Positions 1 to 13,272 of a DNA stretch of 64,000 nt are shown here, piece by piece. The notes beneath the pieces are model-generated. The model had not been told where the DNA came from. It saw only the letters and a list, made by a program, of their open reading frames with translations, and searched no databases. Made by a program: the position numbers and the translations under genes. The first letter of the stretch is position 1. Every line of letters begins with the position of its first letter. The DNA comes from Ministeria vibrans ATCC 50519 (taxonomy: Eukaryota > Protista > Filasterea), in contig CALSCP010001980.1 in assembly GCA_943704425.1 (NCBI GenBank), forward strand, positions 12,306 through 76,305. The letters are read 5' to 3'.

Positions 1-1
1 T

Positions 2-43
<42 letters not shown>

Positions 44-240
44 TTCTCCTCTCTCTCTATTTCCTCTCTCTCTCTCTCTCTATTTCTCCTCTCTCTCTAT
101 TTCTCCTCTCTCTTTCTATTTCTCCTCTCTCTCTCTCTATTTCTCCTCTCTCTCTCTGTCTCTCTGTCTCTTTATCACTTTGTTTCTTTCTCCCTCCCTC
201 CCTCCTTTCTCTCTCTCTCTCTCTCTCTGTTTTTTCTCAT
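1..240. repeat. CT-rich intronic microsatellite/minisatellite
   Basis: (CT)n interrupted by TATTTCTC units, plus one ATCACTTTGTTTCTTTC motif at about 172-190; lies upstream of an AG acceptor at 263-264. Confidence 0.9.
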
Positions 241-264
241 TTTCCCGTCGTTATGTACGTGTAG

Positions 265-754
265 AGAACTCATGCGCGTGTTTGTTGAGCCCGAAATTGG
301 AGTATGAACTCTTCTCTTTTTTGGGTTTCTCTTTTTTTTACTTACTCAGCTGTGTTGTATTCGCCCCCCAGACAACCGGGTTTGTATTGCGCACGTCCAA
401 CGCAGAGGCGCTGTCGGCGCGCATTGATTTCTTCACGCCCCACAATTGGATTGACACCATGACAATGCACTTCTTCCAGCGCTACGACGGAGGCTGTGCC
501 GCCCGCATCTCTTCCGTCTCCACCGGTTTCCTTCCGGCCTCCGTTCCCCTCAGTCCTCTCCTTAATGCATTTTTCTTCTTTGTACCTTTCAGTGACAATG
601 GCCAAAATGGTACCTCCCAACACACTCTTGTTGTCTTCTTGCATGATACTTCTCACTTGTAGTGATGCACATTAACGCGATTGTGACGGCCTTTTCGCGT
701 GATCTCAGTGGTACCGGTGACTTTCAATGGATCTCGCGCGGTTCAGGAGGCTAG
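265..754 (+). CDS. 3' exons of an uncharacterised protein; 5' end lies outside the window
   Basis: GT-AG spliced frame ...RIDFFTPHNWIDTMTMHF...SVSTGFLPASVPLSPLLNAFFFFVPFSDNGQN|VMHINAIV...GG*, stop TAG at 752-754. Confidence 0.65.
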
Positions 755-877
755 ACCCAACCCTCGACGCTGTATCATAGTCAGTCATAATTATCATAAT
801 AAATAAATTTATAGACTTTAAATTTTTGTACAATAATCAAAATAATAAACTACAATGAAGCGAGTAGGGACGATCAA

Positions 878-2190
878 TCAGGCCGAAGAGTCCAAGGAGA
901 GGGCGCCAAGAGCGCACGCGAGCTCGGCGTGAACGGCGTGTAGGCGGACGGGGGCGCCGAGGCTCAAGAGGGCGGACAGGGCGGCGCTGCTGGTCCCGTT
1001 GCGCACAACGCAATCCGCATGCGCCACCGGCATCCCGTCAACAGCAACAATTTCCATGCCCTGTGCTAGCCCCAGCCGCCCCGCCGGTGACTCGGCGTCC
1101 ACTTTGTCGATGAGGAAGCGTCCATCGTGTGTTGCGGTCACGTGCAGTCCTGTGTAGCCCGTCTCGTCCGCACGCACTGTTCCGTCCACATGCACCGGCG
1201 CCCGCCGCAGAACTTGCACGTGCAGCACTCGCTCACGTGCGTCCGTCTTGGTGTGCATGTACTGTGACAGTGTCTGCACGCGCTTCAGCAGCTCCGTCCG
1301 ATCCGTTGGCCCGTACACCGGTCCACTGTTAATCGTGGCAATTCGGTCTCCTCGTTGCAGCCCCGCCACCTCCGCCAGCGACCCGGGAAGCACTCGACGC
1401 ACATAGATTCCATCGAGCTACACATGCAGACGAACAGAGAAAGTTGAGTGGAAGTCGTCGCGCGTGCAATTAACCCCGTTTACCTTCTTATCGGGCGTCG
1501 GTGCGCCATCGGGGCCGTCCAATTTGCGGTGAAACCGGACGCCACGCAGAGTGAGGCCTAGAGGAGTGGGCTTTTGCGGGATTTGGACGCATATTTGAAG
1601 GGGGAGTTGGAGTTTTCCACTTTCGACGGCCGTCAGCATTTGCGATATGTCTCGTGATACGCGTCTCGGCGGCACAATCTGCTTTTCCGGCATCAGCATG
1701 TTGGGTTCGGCAATGGAGGGTGTGGCCGAAAGCGTCTTGTCCTCCCGTGCGGACGTCGTTGCCTCGGTTGCGTGCGACGGGCCCTTTGACTGCAACAATT
1801 CGAGAAAGTCACAGAAATTCGCTCCCTGCGACACGCTCGAGACGAGCGAGAAGGTGTGACTGCTCTGTCGACCTGTGCGCGCGAGCAAATCCTTCAGCGA
1901 CGACGAGTCTGCGATGGGCAGAACAAGCACAGCGTGAGGAAGATAAGAGAAGAGCGCAATGAATTATCTGTACCGCGCTTCATAAGCCGCGGAGAGGCAC
2001 TTCCTGCGTCTGCAGGCAGTCTCTTGTTATCACCACGCGCCGGCTGCGCGGCAACCGGCTGCGCGGCAACCGGCTGCGGCGGAGTCACTCCTTCGCTTGC
2101 CACGGTCGATTTTTTGCCGCCCTTGATCACGCGTCGCATCAGACGGCGGACTTGACCGCCGTCTTTGCCCTCTTTGGATGAGGATGTCAT
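878..2190 (-). CDS. Tandem PDZ-domain protein (3 exons)
   Basis: PLGLTLRG...LDGIYVRRVLPGSLAEVAGLQRGDRIATIN and TGLHV...FLIDKVDAESPAGRLGLAQGMEIVAVDG are PDZ signatures; exons splice in frame through GT-AG introns. Confidence 0.85.
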
Positions 2191-2438
2191 CTGAACAGTA
2201 CTTCAAGCGGAAAAAAAAAGAAGAAAAAAATGGATTAATGGAAGTTGGGATATGTTCAATTGGGATTTGGGAATTCAATTTGCTTTCAATTCAAAAGCGA
2301 AAAGTCAAAGGCAAAACTCAATTCTAATCACTCAAAAGTTCTCGAATCTCGACTCTCTCATCTCTGCGTATTTCTTTGATTCATACTAATTGTACATTTT
2401 ACACGTTCCACACGACACACCGGCCGTGTCAGAGCCTC

Positions 2439-3303
2439 TTACGAGGAGGTGCCGCTCTCTAAAAAATCCTTTGCTTCGTTGATCTTCGACGCCAAATAAG
2501 GGCTACCACCACGGTCCTATGAAGCACAAAGACCATACAAAAGAGAATGAGCGAAAGTAAAGATGGAATGGGTGGGAATTCAGAAATTCAGAATGGAGAT
2601 GGGGTACCGGGTGATTCAAAAGCATGATCCGTCGGTGCGCCTCGCGCACTTTGGCTGGCGGAGCAGTCATGCTTGTGCCAAGAATCTTGGATGCTTCGCC
2701 GCGGGTCATTTTCGGCTCAAATCCGCCCTTGTTGAAGTTCTGTCGTGGGAACACGCACAATACGTTGAAACGAACAAAATGATGGATAATGAAGAAAGGC
2801 AAACAACGTTGTCTTACACGAAACATCGTCTTGGGAAGATCTGCAAACTTCTTTTGATACATCTCAAAGGCACGGGCACCTGCGAGAAAAGCTGTGAGTG
2901 GAGAGAGAGAGGGAAGCGAAAATGTGGAAATCGACCCATTGGACAACACGAGTGATTCTGGGCGCAAGTAGGGGCGCCAACGGGGCCACCTGCATGCATT
3001 CACCCACGCACATGCCATACAGCCGACAGCGCGTCACCGCACGAGGGCAGAAACAACTCGTTCATGAGAATGCGAGAAATTTCTGTCAGCACTCTGCCAC
3101 AACGCACTTGCGGCGCACGCCATCGACCCAATACAACCCAGATGTACACCACACAGCCAGACAAACAAGTTGGCGTACCGTAGCGAGCGCCATAGCCGGC
3201 GGCTGCGAGTCCAAGGCCAAAGAGAATTGCGGAGGACTGGACGAGACAATAATCATCAGGAACACAGGGCATTTGCATGCTATGTTAGTCGACAGCGTAC
3301 CAT
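2439..3303 (-). CDS. PAM18: Mitochondrial import motor J-protein PAM18/TIM14 (DNAJC19/15 family)
   Basis: [18 protein letters not shown]...[14 protein letters not shown]|[19 protein letters not shown]; N-terminal TM segment; first coding exon is the ATG alone (3301-3303). Confidence 0.93.
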
Positions 3304-3480
3304 TGATGACTGTTGAGAATATGGAACAACAAAAAAAGATTATTAAAAAAATTTAATCTGTTAAGTGTTAAACATGTTGTCTGGTGTATCATTGATCACT
3401 CACACTTTCACACTTTCACACTTTCTTTACGCTCCTCTTTGCCTCTAGTGGGGGGAAATACTGATTACTTCGTAGTGATT

Positions 3481-5874
3481 ATGACTCACGCCGTGTCTGA
3501 AGGGAGTTCTCCTTTCTCCTCGACAGTGGTACAACACAGGAACTCTTGACTCACTTAACCTCACAAATTTCCCAGATCCCCTCGCGAAAAGAACTGTGGG
3601 CGTCATTGTCTCAACTCCTGCAACTGAAGCAGACACATCGAGAGGTACCTTCACTGGCTGATGCTGCTTGGAGATGTTAAAGTGTCTGCCGTCTTTTCTG
3701 CGGTTGCTATGCTGTGGAATGTTAAAACTGCTCTCTGTCTCACTCTGTCTCTCTTCTCCCCAACACACAGTCGCCCGACATTGCTGTCGGCATACACCTG
3801 GTCTCGTCTCTTCCCCTCGCCCATCCTCCGCAAGCCGTTGTGTGCAATCCATTGCACTCTTCCATTGTGGCCGTCGACGGAAAATCCTTCACAACATGGC
3901 AACCACAGTACGAGACTGAACAATACTGTGTGTCCATGCTCACCACCGCAGCATACTCAATCGGATGACGTCTCTTTGACTACGTACCTATGCACAGATT
4001 AAACGCACGCACTGAGCTACCGTCCACACATCCCTTTCGGTTTCTTGTCTTTGCGCGAGATGCTCGGTTCGATGCTTGCAATGATAATAATATTATTGTT
4101 GTTGTTGTCCATTCTCAATACGAATTTGAATGAATTATGACGTAGAATCTACCTGGGCTACACTCAAGATCTCAACTTGCATATTTTCAATGTGCAGCTT
4201 CAGATATTGCATCGCCAGCCCATCAGTGCGCCGGTGCACTCGTTTGAGTGGAACGAGACCACCTCAACACTCATTTGTGGCTCTGTTGGACAAATTCTCT
4301 TCTTCAAACTTGGGTAATTCTTATAAGAAACCATCAGAATTCTTTATAATACAATAATATAATAATAGTACAATTATAATACTTTATTATTAGTATTATT
4401 ATTATTATTGGTATTAGTGTTGTTGTTGTTGTTGTTGTTGTTGTTTACCTATTTGTATTCTTTTACTTATTATATTTATATTTGTCCAAATCTTCTCCCT
4501 ACTTAGTTTGGGAACCACTCAGAGTGATGATCCAGTGCTTCCACCACAAACTCTGACAACAGGCACGGCACAGCAGACGGGCGCGCGCATGGCATTGGTC
4601 ACCGCGCGCACCATCAAGCTCGCGTCGACTGACGAGTGGGTCACACGCACGCTCCTCATTGCCTCGGCAAACATTCTCATTTCCGTGGTCTCCAGCACTG
4701 ACCTAATCTTCCACAGTACCCTCAATACAGGCGCACTCATCTCCGAGCTGCGCGGCGTCCACTCCTCCAGCATCACCGGTCTCACCCTGACCGGCGACAG
4801 CCAGCCCGCAACCACTCGCGTTGTCACCGCCACTGCCCTGGGCCGCATTCGCGTCTTCCATGCTCCCAACCTAGCATCTCTTGCCTCGGCCTCTACCACC
4901 ACTCGCTCCGCCTTCCTCTCATTTCGTCTTCTCTTCTCCTTTGCCTGTTCCACAGCCGCCATCTCCGCCATTCTTCCCCACCCGAGCCCCTCCCAATCGG
5001 TAGGTTGATCACACAACTATTATTATTCTCATAACTGTCGTATTTGACGTCATTTTGTCTTAATTATATGTGTTAGAACCTCATTGTCATGTTCTCGTCG
5101 GACCGCACAGTGCGCGTCGTCAACATTGAGTCGGGCGAGGAAGTGTCGCGACTGGCACTGGTGGACGACGAGGTCGGCGGCGAGCACTGCGGCACCCTCC
5201 TTCCCGCCGACCACTACCCACGCGACTCTCGTCACATTATCGCGGGCGACCGTCGAGTCTTCTGCAGTGCCCGTGACGCCGTGCGCGTTTACTCTCTTGC
5301 ACACCCGCATCGCCTTGCCACTCGCATCCTCTCCCCCGTCACACACCTCTGGCTTGCCTCTCCCACTCCCAGTGCTGCGGCCATTGCCAATGCTTCCATC
5401 AATAATCCGTCCCCGTGTCCCGCTCGTCTGGTCGCCGTCGCCCACGACGGTGCCGTCCGTCTCATCTCGCCCGTCTCAGGCAACATCCTCACCTCTGCTC
5501 TCCCCGCCATCACCTATCGTGTCACGGTTGTAGCCGTTGCTTATGATCGCCAAAGGTGCCCAAAAAGAACTAGTGCACATGCAAACGGCGCTTGCGTAAA
5601 CGTATACGCGGTATACTGATGCTCTTTGTGTACTTTGTAGTGATCGACTATATACATTGATGAGCGACGGGACAGTGCAGCTGACACGCACCACCACCAA
5701 CCCGGCGACGCACGAGGGTGTCTGGCCCACCACGCGCCACCCCGGCACTGGCGACGGCCTCTATCTTGCCCTCACTGCAGGGCACGCCGTCACATCACCC
5801 CAACTGCAGGTGCACAAACATAACACAAATACTATCATAGTTTTATTTTAATGCTTCTGCATTTACACACACAC

Positions 5875-5917
<43 letters not shown>

Positions 5918-5937
5918 NNNNNNNNNNACACACACAC

Positions 5938-5982
<45 letters not shown>

Positions 5983-7069
5983 TTTCACACGTGACACACA
6001 CACGATCCGTACTTTTTAAATTTGCCTTGGTATAGTTTGATTCTAGCCAGGGCAACACACGAAGGGCCACCATTGTCCTAGACCCCACCACCTACACCCG
6101 CACTCCTGCAAGCAGTCTGCCGCCCACCACCACGTTCACCACTACCGCGTCACATGTACAGGGCGACCGTGATCACGATGGCAAGAACGGCACCAGTACG
6201 GCCGTCTCTGCCGACAGTACTGTTCATGGGCCCCCAACCTCTTCCATCGCCTCCGCTGATTATGATGCACCGACACTGGTGCGCAGCTCGACACGACGTA
6301 GCTCATTGGCCTTTGTGGTGGCGGGTCCGACTGAAAATTGCATTGCTGAAGAGGCGGACGAAGTGTTTGAAGACTGCATGCCGCCGGAGGAGTCGCAGAG
6401 GGTGGGCGATCATGATGGACAATATCGGGATGATGTTTTTGCGGTGGTCATTGCGGGAACAGATACAGGTCAGCTGTGCTCCCTTCATCCTAGTCGTGGC
6501 AACGTTGTCTACCGCATCCAAGCGCACTCGGCTCGCATTGTGTCGGTCTCGCTTGCTGCCTCGCACACACGCCTCGTCTCACTCGCCGCCGACCATGGTA
6601 TTCGCACGTGGTCTTTCCGTCCCTTTGCGGTCGCCCACTCCCCTTTCTCCGTTGCTCTCGTGCCCCATCTCAAATTTGGCATGGCCGCCCTCCACGTTGC
6701 CTTACTCTCAGCCCACCTTGTGCTTGTGGGCGCTGATGGCCGTGTGCGCTCCTGTGCCTTGGGCCATACCGGCAGCACCCACAACAACCCCAAAATAAAT
6801 GACAATGACGACGGCGTCGATGACATGGACGTGCTCGACGACGATTTTCTGATTGACTCGCGTGTCCGTGAAGCAGTTCACGCTGACTCAGAGGCGACAT
6901 CATCAACGCACACCATTGTTGCGCTAGCCACGTGCGACACTCTCAACATGTTTGCCACAGCCACACGCAATGGGTAAAGCATTGAAGTTTATTAAAATAA
7001 TTTAACATAATCAATCACGTCATAATAATAATAATAAAATTAATAATAATAATGATTAAAATTATTTAA

Positions 7070-7153
<84 letters not shown>

Positions 7154-10100
7154 TATTATTATTATTATTATTATTAATATTTTTGTTGTTTTCATAGACT
7201 GGTGCGCATTTATGAAGCGCACTCGTGTACTCTGGTGCGCCAGATTACGTTTGAACGCCCAACAACTGCCACACTGGCCATGAAAGGCACGGATCTGATT
7301 GAATCGATGTGCTTTGTACATGAGCATCTCATGGTGGCTATGAACAGCTGTGTGTATACTGTTACCGTCAACGAGTGGGCGCCATTGCGCGTGCTTAGTG
7401 CAATCCACTCGACCCCCACACCCGTCGTCGACATTCCGCTTGAGTTTCCCATTGGTTTTCACGATGAAGTAGGCGATAATGAAGGCGATCAGGACGACGG
7501 GGGGGACGCAGGCGAAGGCGTTGATGGTGACGAGCATGGCGGTGATGCAGGTGGTCCAACGCGCCACGCAGCTCGTGAACGCCGTCGCTCGTCCACACTA
7601 GCACGCGAACTGCAAGAGCAACAGGAGCAGACGCACGCAGCGTTGGTACGCCAGGCCACACTGGAGCAACTGCTCTCCCGCATTGCCGAGACACGCGCTG
7701 AGCTGGACGCTGCCAAGGCGCGTTTGGACGAGGAGGAGGGCGGAGAGGAGGCTAAGGCGGCTCTCGAAGTGTTCTCGTTGAGCGACGAAACACGCGCCAT
7801 GTTTGACAAGTTGCTTATGTGTCTGCGCGGCGAACAGTTGCTACTTCACGTGCACGTGGAGACACTACGCTTGAACCGACAGGAGAGCCTGGCCTCCAAG
7901 CAGAATGCAGGTCCGACACGTCGCCGACGGCCGGGCGAGACGGTCGCGGTGGACACGCGCGAGACTGACCCCGACGCACTTGCGCTGATGGTACAGGTTG
8001 ATGGCATCCTTGCTGAGTATCTTCCTGCCGTGCCCGACGGACACATTCCCAATTCGGTGGTGCGTCAGCGCATTGCCACGCCGCCCATACCACCCGAGGC
8101 GCTGCGCTGGCGACCGCGGGACTTGAGCGACAGTGCCCAGCAGGAACTGGAGCGAGCACGCGAAGAGGAAGAGGCTCGCCTTGCCTTTGAAAGGGATCAG
8201 GAGGCGCTCGACCTGCAAGCGCTGCTCGAAGATCAATCGGAGTCGGAGTTTGATGAGGAGGACGCGTGGCGCGAGGCCATGCTCGACGAAATGGGCAATA
8301 ATTCGGATCAGCTTGGCATGGACGGTCTGCTCGACACGAATGCCTCGCTCGACGCCAGTGGCCATCGTCTGGTGTCACTCAGCGAAGAGGACCAATTCCG
8401 TCAGCGACTGGAAAGCGAGAAATTGCGACGCGAACGTGAGCGCATTGCGGCACTCATGGCTGACGAAGAGAATGCCATGTACACGCTGAGTGGAGATGCA
8501 CAGCGATTACGCTCGCGCGATTCATCACGAGCACCAGAGACGCCACTGGTTGTACGCGACAAAGCCATCACAGAGGAGGCTGTTGGGACGGCACTAGCGG
8601 CGGGGGAGTCGACTTTGGCCAAGTCGACGACCGACACGTGTAAAGCAGCAGCCATTCAGGAACATGCAACCAGTGGCTCAGGTGAACAGGTGACGACCAC
8701 CAATACTAGTGTGGGCAACAATGTACTCGTTGAGAATGCGGTGCTCAAGCGTGTCGCGTCGGCCGGTCTCACCGTGGGCTCCCCTCCTCGCTCGGCAGCA
8801 GCACGTCGCTCTGCAAACATGCGTGAGACTCCTCAAGGGATCAACACTCCGCCACCAATGGTCGTGCTCCACCCGACCCCCGTGCTGCAAGTCGAGACGT
8901 CCCCGGACTCAGCCTCTCACCCTAACGGCGACCACGCTGATCACACTGCCGCCAACACGCAGTCTCCGCACTTGCTGATGGCGCTGTCTCCGGCGCAATC
9001 ACGTCCCATTAGTGGCCGAGAGATCCGTCCCCTCTCGGCGGTCGAGCAGACGGCCATCATTCAGCAGCTTGCGTTGCGCGAGTGGTGTGCAACGGTCATT
9101 GAGAAGCCCGTCACATCGGCCAAGATTGCTCGCGTTGCGTGCGACGTGATCCTGCGCCCAACCAGCTCAGTGGAGAACATCGACAGCGCAGCAGATGCGC
9201 TCGATTCGCTGCTGCATCACGTTGATCTGCCCTCCGAGACACGCACCGAAGTCGTAGCACTTATTGCCCAGCAACGTCAGCAGCAAAAGTCGTCGGCGAT
9301 GTCGTCGGCTGTCTCCAGTGCCGCCGAGCGCAATACCCTTTCGGCGGACCCCTCAACCAGCATGACTTCAAATGGCACCCTCACCTGTAGTGCGGGCAGT
9401 GTGCGCGATGCGGCTCTCTCGAGCTCGTCGGCTACGCGTAGTGGCGATCACGAGCCACCTCGCTCCCACCAGAGCACGGCACACACACGCGGCCTGTCCG
9501 ACACACCGGACCGGCAGGGGGAAGCATTTACAGATGTAGAGGCTGAAACTGCCTGTACGAGCTTGCGCTCAGGGGTCACATCCGGATCATCGACTCATGT
9601 GGCGCCGAGTGGAGCGGGAGAGCTGAACACGGACAGCAACAACAACGCCTCTGTAGCTGACTCGCCCGCCCAAAGTGCATCGTCCATGCGGGCGCGTCTG
9701 TGCGGGGTCATGGGCACCGTGGGTCTTGAGTGCGATACGGAGAACATGATGCGCGAGGCGCTGGTGCGCGCGCTGCTCGACGACGATCCCTGCGTGTACG
9801 CAGCGGGCCGACAGGCGCTGTTGTCGAGCGGCATTGAGACGCGCGAGGGCCTGGCTGAGCTCATTGTTGCACTGGGCTGGAGCATGGACGACCGAGTGCG
9901 CGCTGTCATTGCCTCGGCGATACCGCTGGTCGCCCCTGTGCCCCGTTCGCGTGGCCAATCGGCACGCGAGCGCCTGCAAGAGCAGGGGGCGTACATGGCG
10001 GAAGTGGCTGCTCTGGCGCGTCTACCGCAGCGACGTCGTTGCAAGCTGGTGCGTGTTGGTCCTCACATGTTGATGAGTGTCGCGGGTGTGGCCGAGCTCG

Positions 10101-10426
10101 ACGACGAGGGCGATTTCGACGTTCGCAGCGACATTGTAGACGACTCGGGCGGTCTCATGTCGGCCATGGCACAGCTCAATGTGCACGAGTGGCTGCGAGG
10201 CGAGTCGCTCGATCCGGATGTTGCACAGCGCGAGGCACACGAACTCGAGCGGATTCGCTCACAGATGCTTGCCAGCACGGATCATTACATGAATCGATTT
10301 CGCTTGCTCTGTGCGCTCTCACCACAGGCAAACAAGCGCATTGCTCCCTCTGGTCGGTCTGTTGACAAGTTTCTGTCGGCACGCCGTCGTAGTCAGCCGC
10401 TCCCGCCTCTTCAAGCGTCCCAATAA
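3481..10426 (+). CDS. Large WD40-repeat protein, WDR87/WDR97-like; 5' exon structure uncertain
   Basis: WD-like segments (LRGVHSSSITGL, RIQAHSARIVSVSL..LVSLAADHGIRTWS, MFATATRNG|VRIYE); LPAVPDGHIPNSVVR resembles the PDGYIPNSV motif I recall from WDR87/97; 1074-aa last exon. Confidence 0.6.
5918..5927. other. Assembly gap with duplicated (AC)n(AT)n flanks
   Basis: 10 N; the same ACACACATATAATATAT sequence occurs on both sides. Confidence 0.95.
7073..7175. repeat. (TAT)n intronic microsatellite
   Basis: About 100 bp of TTA/TAT triplets. Confidence 0.95.
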
Positions 10427-10524
10427 AGAGGCACTAAAGATGTTGCGGGCGAGCCTGTCCACTGTACAAATTGAAATGACATTGACTCAAATCAGATCGA
10501 TTTATTTATTCGATCCGCTAAGAT

Positions 10525-10634
10525 TTACCTCGGCCCTTCTGGACACAGTGGACACTCTTGTTGATTTGACGGGAACAGCGGTGGTGGCCACGTTTGACAT
10601 TGCTAAGTGCTTTGACCGCATCCGTCATGAGACG
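10525..10634 (+). mobile_element. Reverse-transcriptase fragment, probably a 5'-truncated non-LTR retrotransposon, running into a gap
   Basis: SALLDTVDTL...AVVATFDIAKCFDRIRHE matches the RT motif A pattern hDhxK[AC]FDxhxH. Confidence 0.6.
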
Positions 10635-11461
10635 NNNNNNNNNNNNNNNNNNNNNNNNNNNNNNNNNNNNNNNNNNNNNNNNNNNNNNNNNNNNNNNNNN
10701 NNNNNNNNNNNNNNNNNNNNNNNNNNNNNNNNNNNNNNNNNNNNNNNNNNNNNNNNNNNNNNNNNNNNNNNNNNNNNNNNNNNNNNNNNNNNNNNNNNNN
10801 NNNNNNNNNNNNNNNNNNNNNNNNNNNNNNNNNNNNNNNNNNNNNNNNNNNNNNNNNNNNNNNNNNNNNNNNNNNNNNNNNNNNNNNNNNNNNNNNNNNN
10901 NNNNNNNNNNNNNNNNNNNNNNNNNNNNNNNNNNNNNNNNNNNNNNNNNNNNNNNNNNNNNNNNNNNNNNNNNNNNNNNNNNNNNNNNNNNNNNNNNNNN
11001 NNNNNNNNNNNNNNNNNNNNNNNNNNNNNNNNNNNNNNNNNNNNNNNNNNNNNNNNNNNNNNNNNNNNNNNNNNNNNNNNNNNNNNNNNNNNNNNNNNNN
11101 NNNNNNNNNNNNNNNNNNNNNNNNNNNNNNNNNNNNNNNNNNNNNNNNNNNNNNNNNNNNNNNNNNNNNNNNNNNNNNNNNNNNNNNNNNNNNNNNNNNN
11201 NNNNNNNNNNNNNNNNNNNNNNNNNNNNNNNNNNNNNNNNNNNNNNNNNNNNNNNNNNNNNNNNNNNNNNNNNNNNNNNNNNNNNNNNNNNNNNNNNNNN
11301 NNNNNNNNNNNNNNNNNNNNNNNNNNNNNNNNNNNNNNNNNNNNNNNNNNNNNNNNNNNNNNNNNNNNNNNNNNNNNNNNNNNNNNNNNNNNNNNNNNNN
11401 NNNNNNNNNNNNNNNNNNNNNNNNNNNNNNNNNNNNNNNNNNNNNNNNNNNNNNNNNNNNN
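10635..11461. other. Assembly gap (827 N)
   Basis: Run of N. Confidence 1.
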
Positions 11462-11530
<69 letters not shown>

Positions 11531-11985
11531 TGTGTGTGTGAATGTGTGTGTGTGTGTGTGAGTCTGTGCATGTGGGTGTGCATGTGGGTGTGTGCATGTG
11601 TGTGAGAGATAGAGAGAGTGAGAGAGAGAGAGAGCGGGAGAGGAGAAAGAAACAAAGCGATCGATAGAGAGAGGGGATAAAAAGAAACAAAGTGATAGAG
11701 GGGAGAAAGAAAGAAAATGAGAGAGGGGAGAAAGAAACATAGTGATAGAGGAGATAAAGAAAGAAAATGATAGAGAGGAGAAAGAAACATAGTGATAGAG
11801 GAGATAAAGAAAGAAAATGATAGAGGAGAAAGAAACAAAGTGATAGAGAGAGAGGGAGTGAGAGACAAAGTAAAAGAAAGACAAAGTAAAAGAGAGACAA
11901 AGTAAAAGAGATACAAAGTAAAAGAGAGACTAATGGAAAGAGCACGTTAGACAAAGTGATAGATCGGGCGACAAAGTGATTGAGT
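11462..11985. repeat. (GT)n followed by GA-rich minisatellite containing GAAACAAAGTGATAG/GACAAAGT units
   Basis: Directly visible tandem units. Confidence 0.9.
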
Positions 11986-12569
11986 GAGAGACTATTTTTT
12001 TTTGGAAGATGCATTGTACAAGACAATTTCACCACCCGGAGCGACTACTTCACCCTCACAGGAGCCGAAGCGGTCAAGCGGACATTCCGAGAGACTTGCA
12101 TACAGAGCCGTTCACCCAAGCAAGTGAACAGCCGCAGCTGGAGACGCCTCCTGATTTTAACTAAAAATTCACGCACGTGAAAAGGAAAGGATAAAGTTCG
12201 GCAAATGTGAAATGAGCCTGGACTTCATCATCTTCCCTTGGATCTCTCCTGAGACGAAGAAGAAAAACAAAATGACAATGAATAATGATAATAAGAAGCC
12301 TAAAGTCTTAGTCGTTTGAGAGAAAACAAAAGAAGCCTAGTTTTCTGTCCACGGCAACCCATAGCCACACTCTAACTCTTGGATTAGTCATCATGGAGAA
12401 TGCAGGGCCTAAGAAAGTAGTGCAGTAACTTAAGGAGTTACCCAAAACCATAATATGCATGATTGATATTGTAATTATTAATCATGATGAGGATTAATTA
12501 ATTGATTACAATCAACAAAATAACAATCTTACTACAAGTTTTTTTTATTGCTTCGACTTGAATCAATCA

Positions 12570-13143
12570 ATGAGCGGCGCCCTGGGGATTCGCAAGAATC
12601 TGTTCGAGAGTGCCAAGTCCATTCCGGAGCTGTCGCGCATGGTCTTCCGGCTGCTCGACACCACTGTCCCCCAAGCGAAGCGAAGCAGTCGAAAGGTCCT
12701 GCAGGCGCCCTTGCCCCGTACGTCCATCATCCATGGTGCCTCTTGCGTGGCCTCTCTTGCGCGAGCGGTCGCGCTGTTCGCGTGTGTGGGGGAAACAAAA
12801 GACAAGAATTCGTTTTCGCTTCTGCCCGATGTTTTACGCCACTTGCACGCTTGCAAGCGTGTGCGTGTGGTCCCTGGTCGTTGTTGTGGGGGGGATTGAG
12901 AGCATGCTGCTGCGCTTGGTCGCTGACACCCGTTTCTTTCGCTTGATTCTCGCAGCACCCTATTCGCTCGTTGAAAAGGACGAGCATGACGCCATTGCGG
13001 CCATGCACACGCGCTTTCACCACCTCGGCTTGATCGAAGACTCGGAAATTGACCGGCAGGAGCGCAATGTGTTCCGTAACAGAAGAAAGGGCCACGGTCC
13101 GTCGATCAACAAAGTGCCCGGACGTACCAAGCGCCGCAAGTAG
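12570..13143 (+). CDS. MRPS33: Mitochondrial ribosomal protein mS33/RSM27 family (2 exons, intron 12718-12955)
   Basis: LSRMVF...RSSRKVLQAPL, then FHHLGLIED and a basic C-terminus RRKGHGP...KRRK; size and layout fit mS33. Confidence 0.65.
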
Positions 13144-13272
13144 AGCCTCCTCGCGTCCATGTGTCTGTAGCGAATGAACCCACCGCGGTGTGTGATTGTA
13201 TACAAGAATGTGTGCGTCTGGCTCGTCTATATATAGAGATTCTTGAACAAAAGGAAGGATTTTATTTGAAGT

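Noticed and set aside
10311-12035. Long ORFs in the track spanning the N gap
   Set aside because: Artefacts of N and GT/GA repeats; only the short RT-like peptide is meaningful.
12718-12955. 238-nt MRPS33 intron as a snoRNA host
   Set aside because: Longer than usual, but no convincing box C/D or H/ACA arrangement was found by eye.
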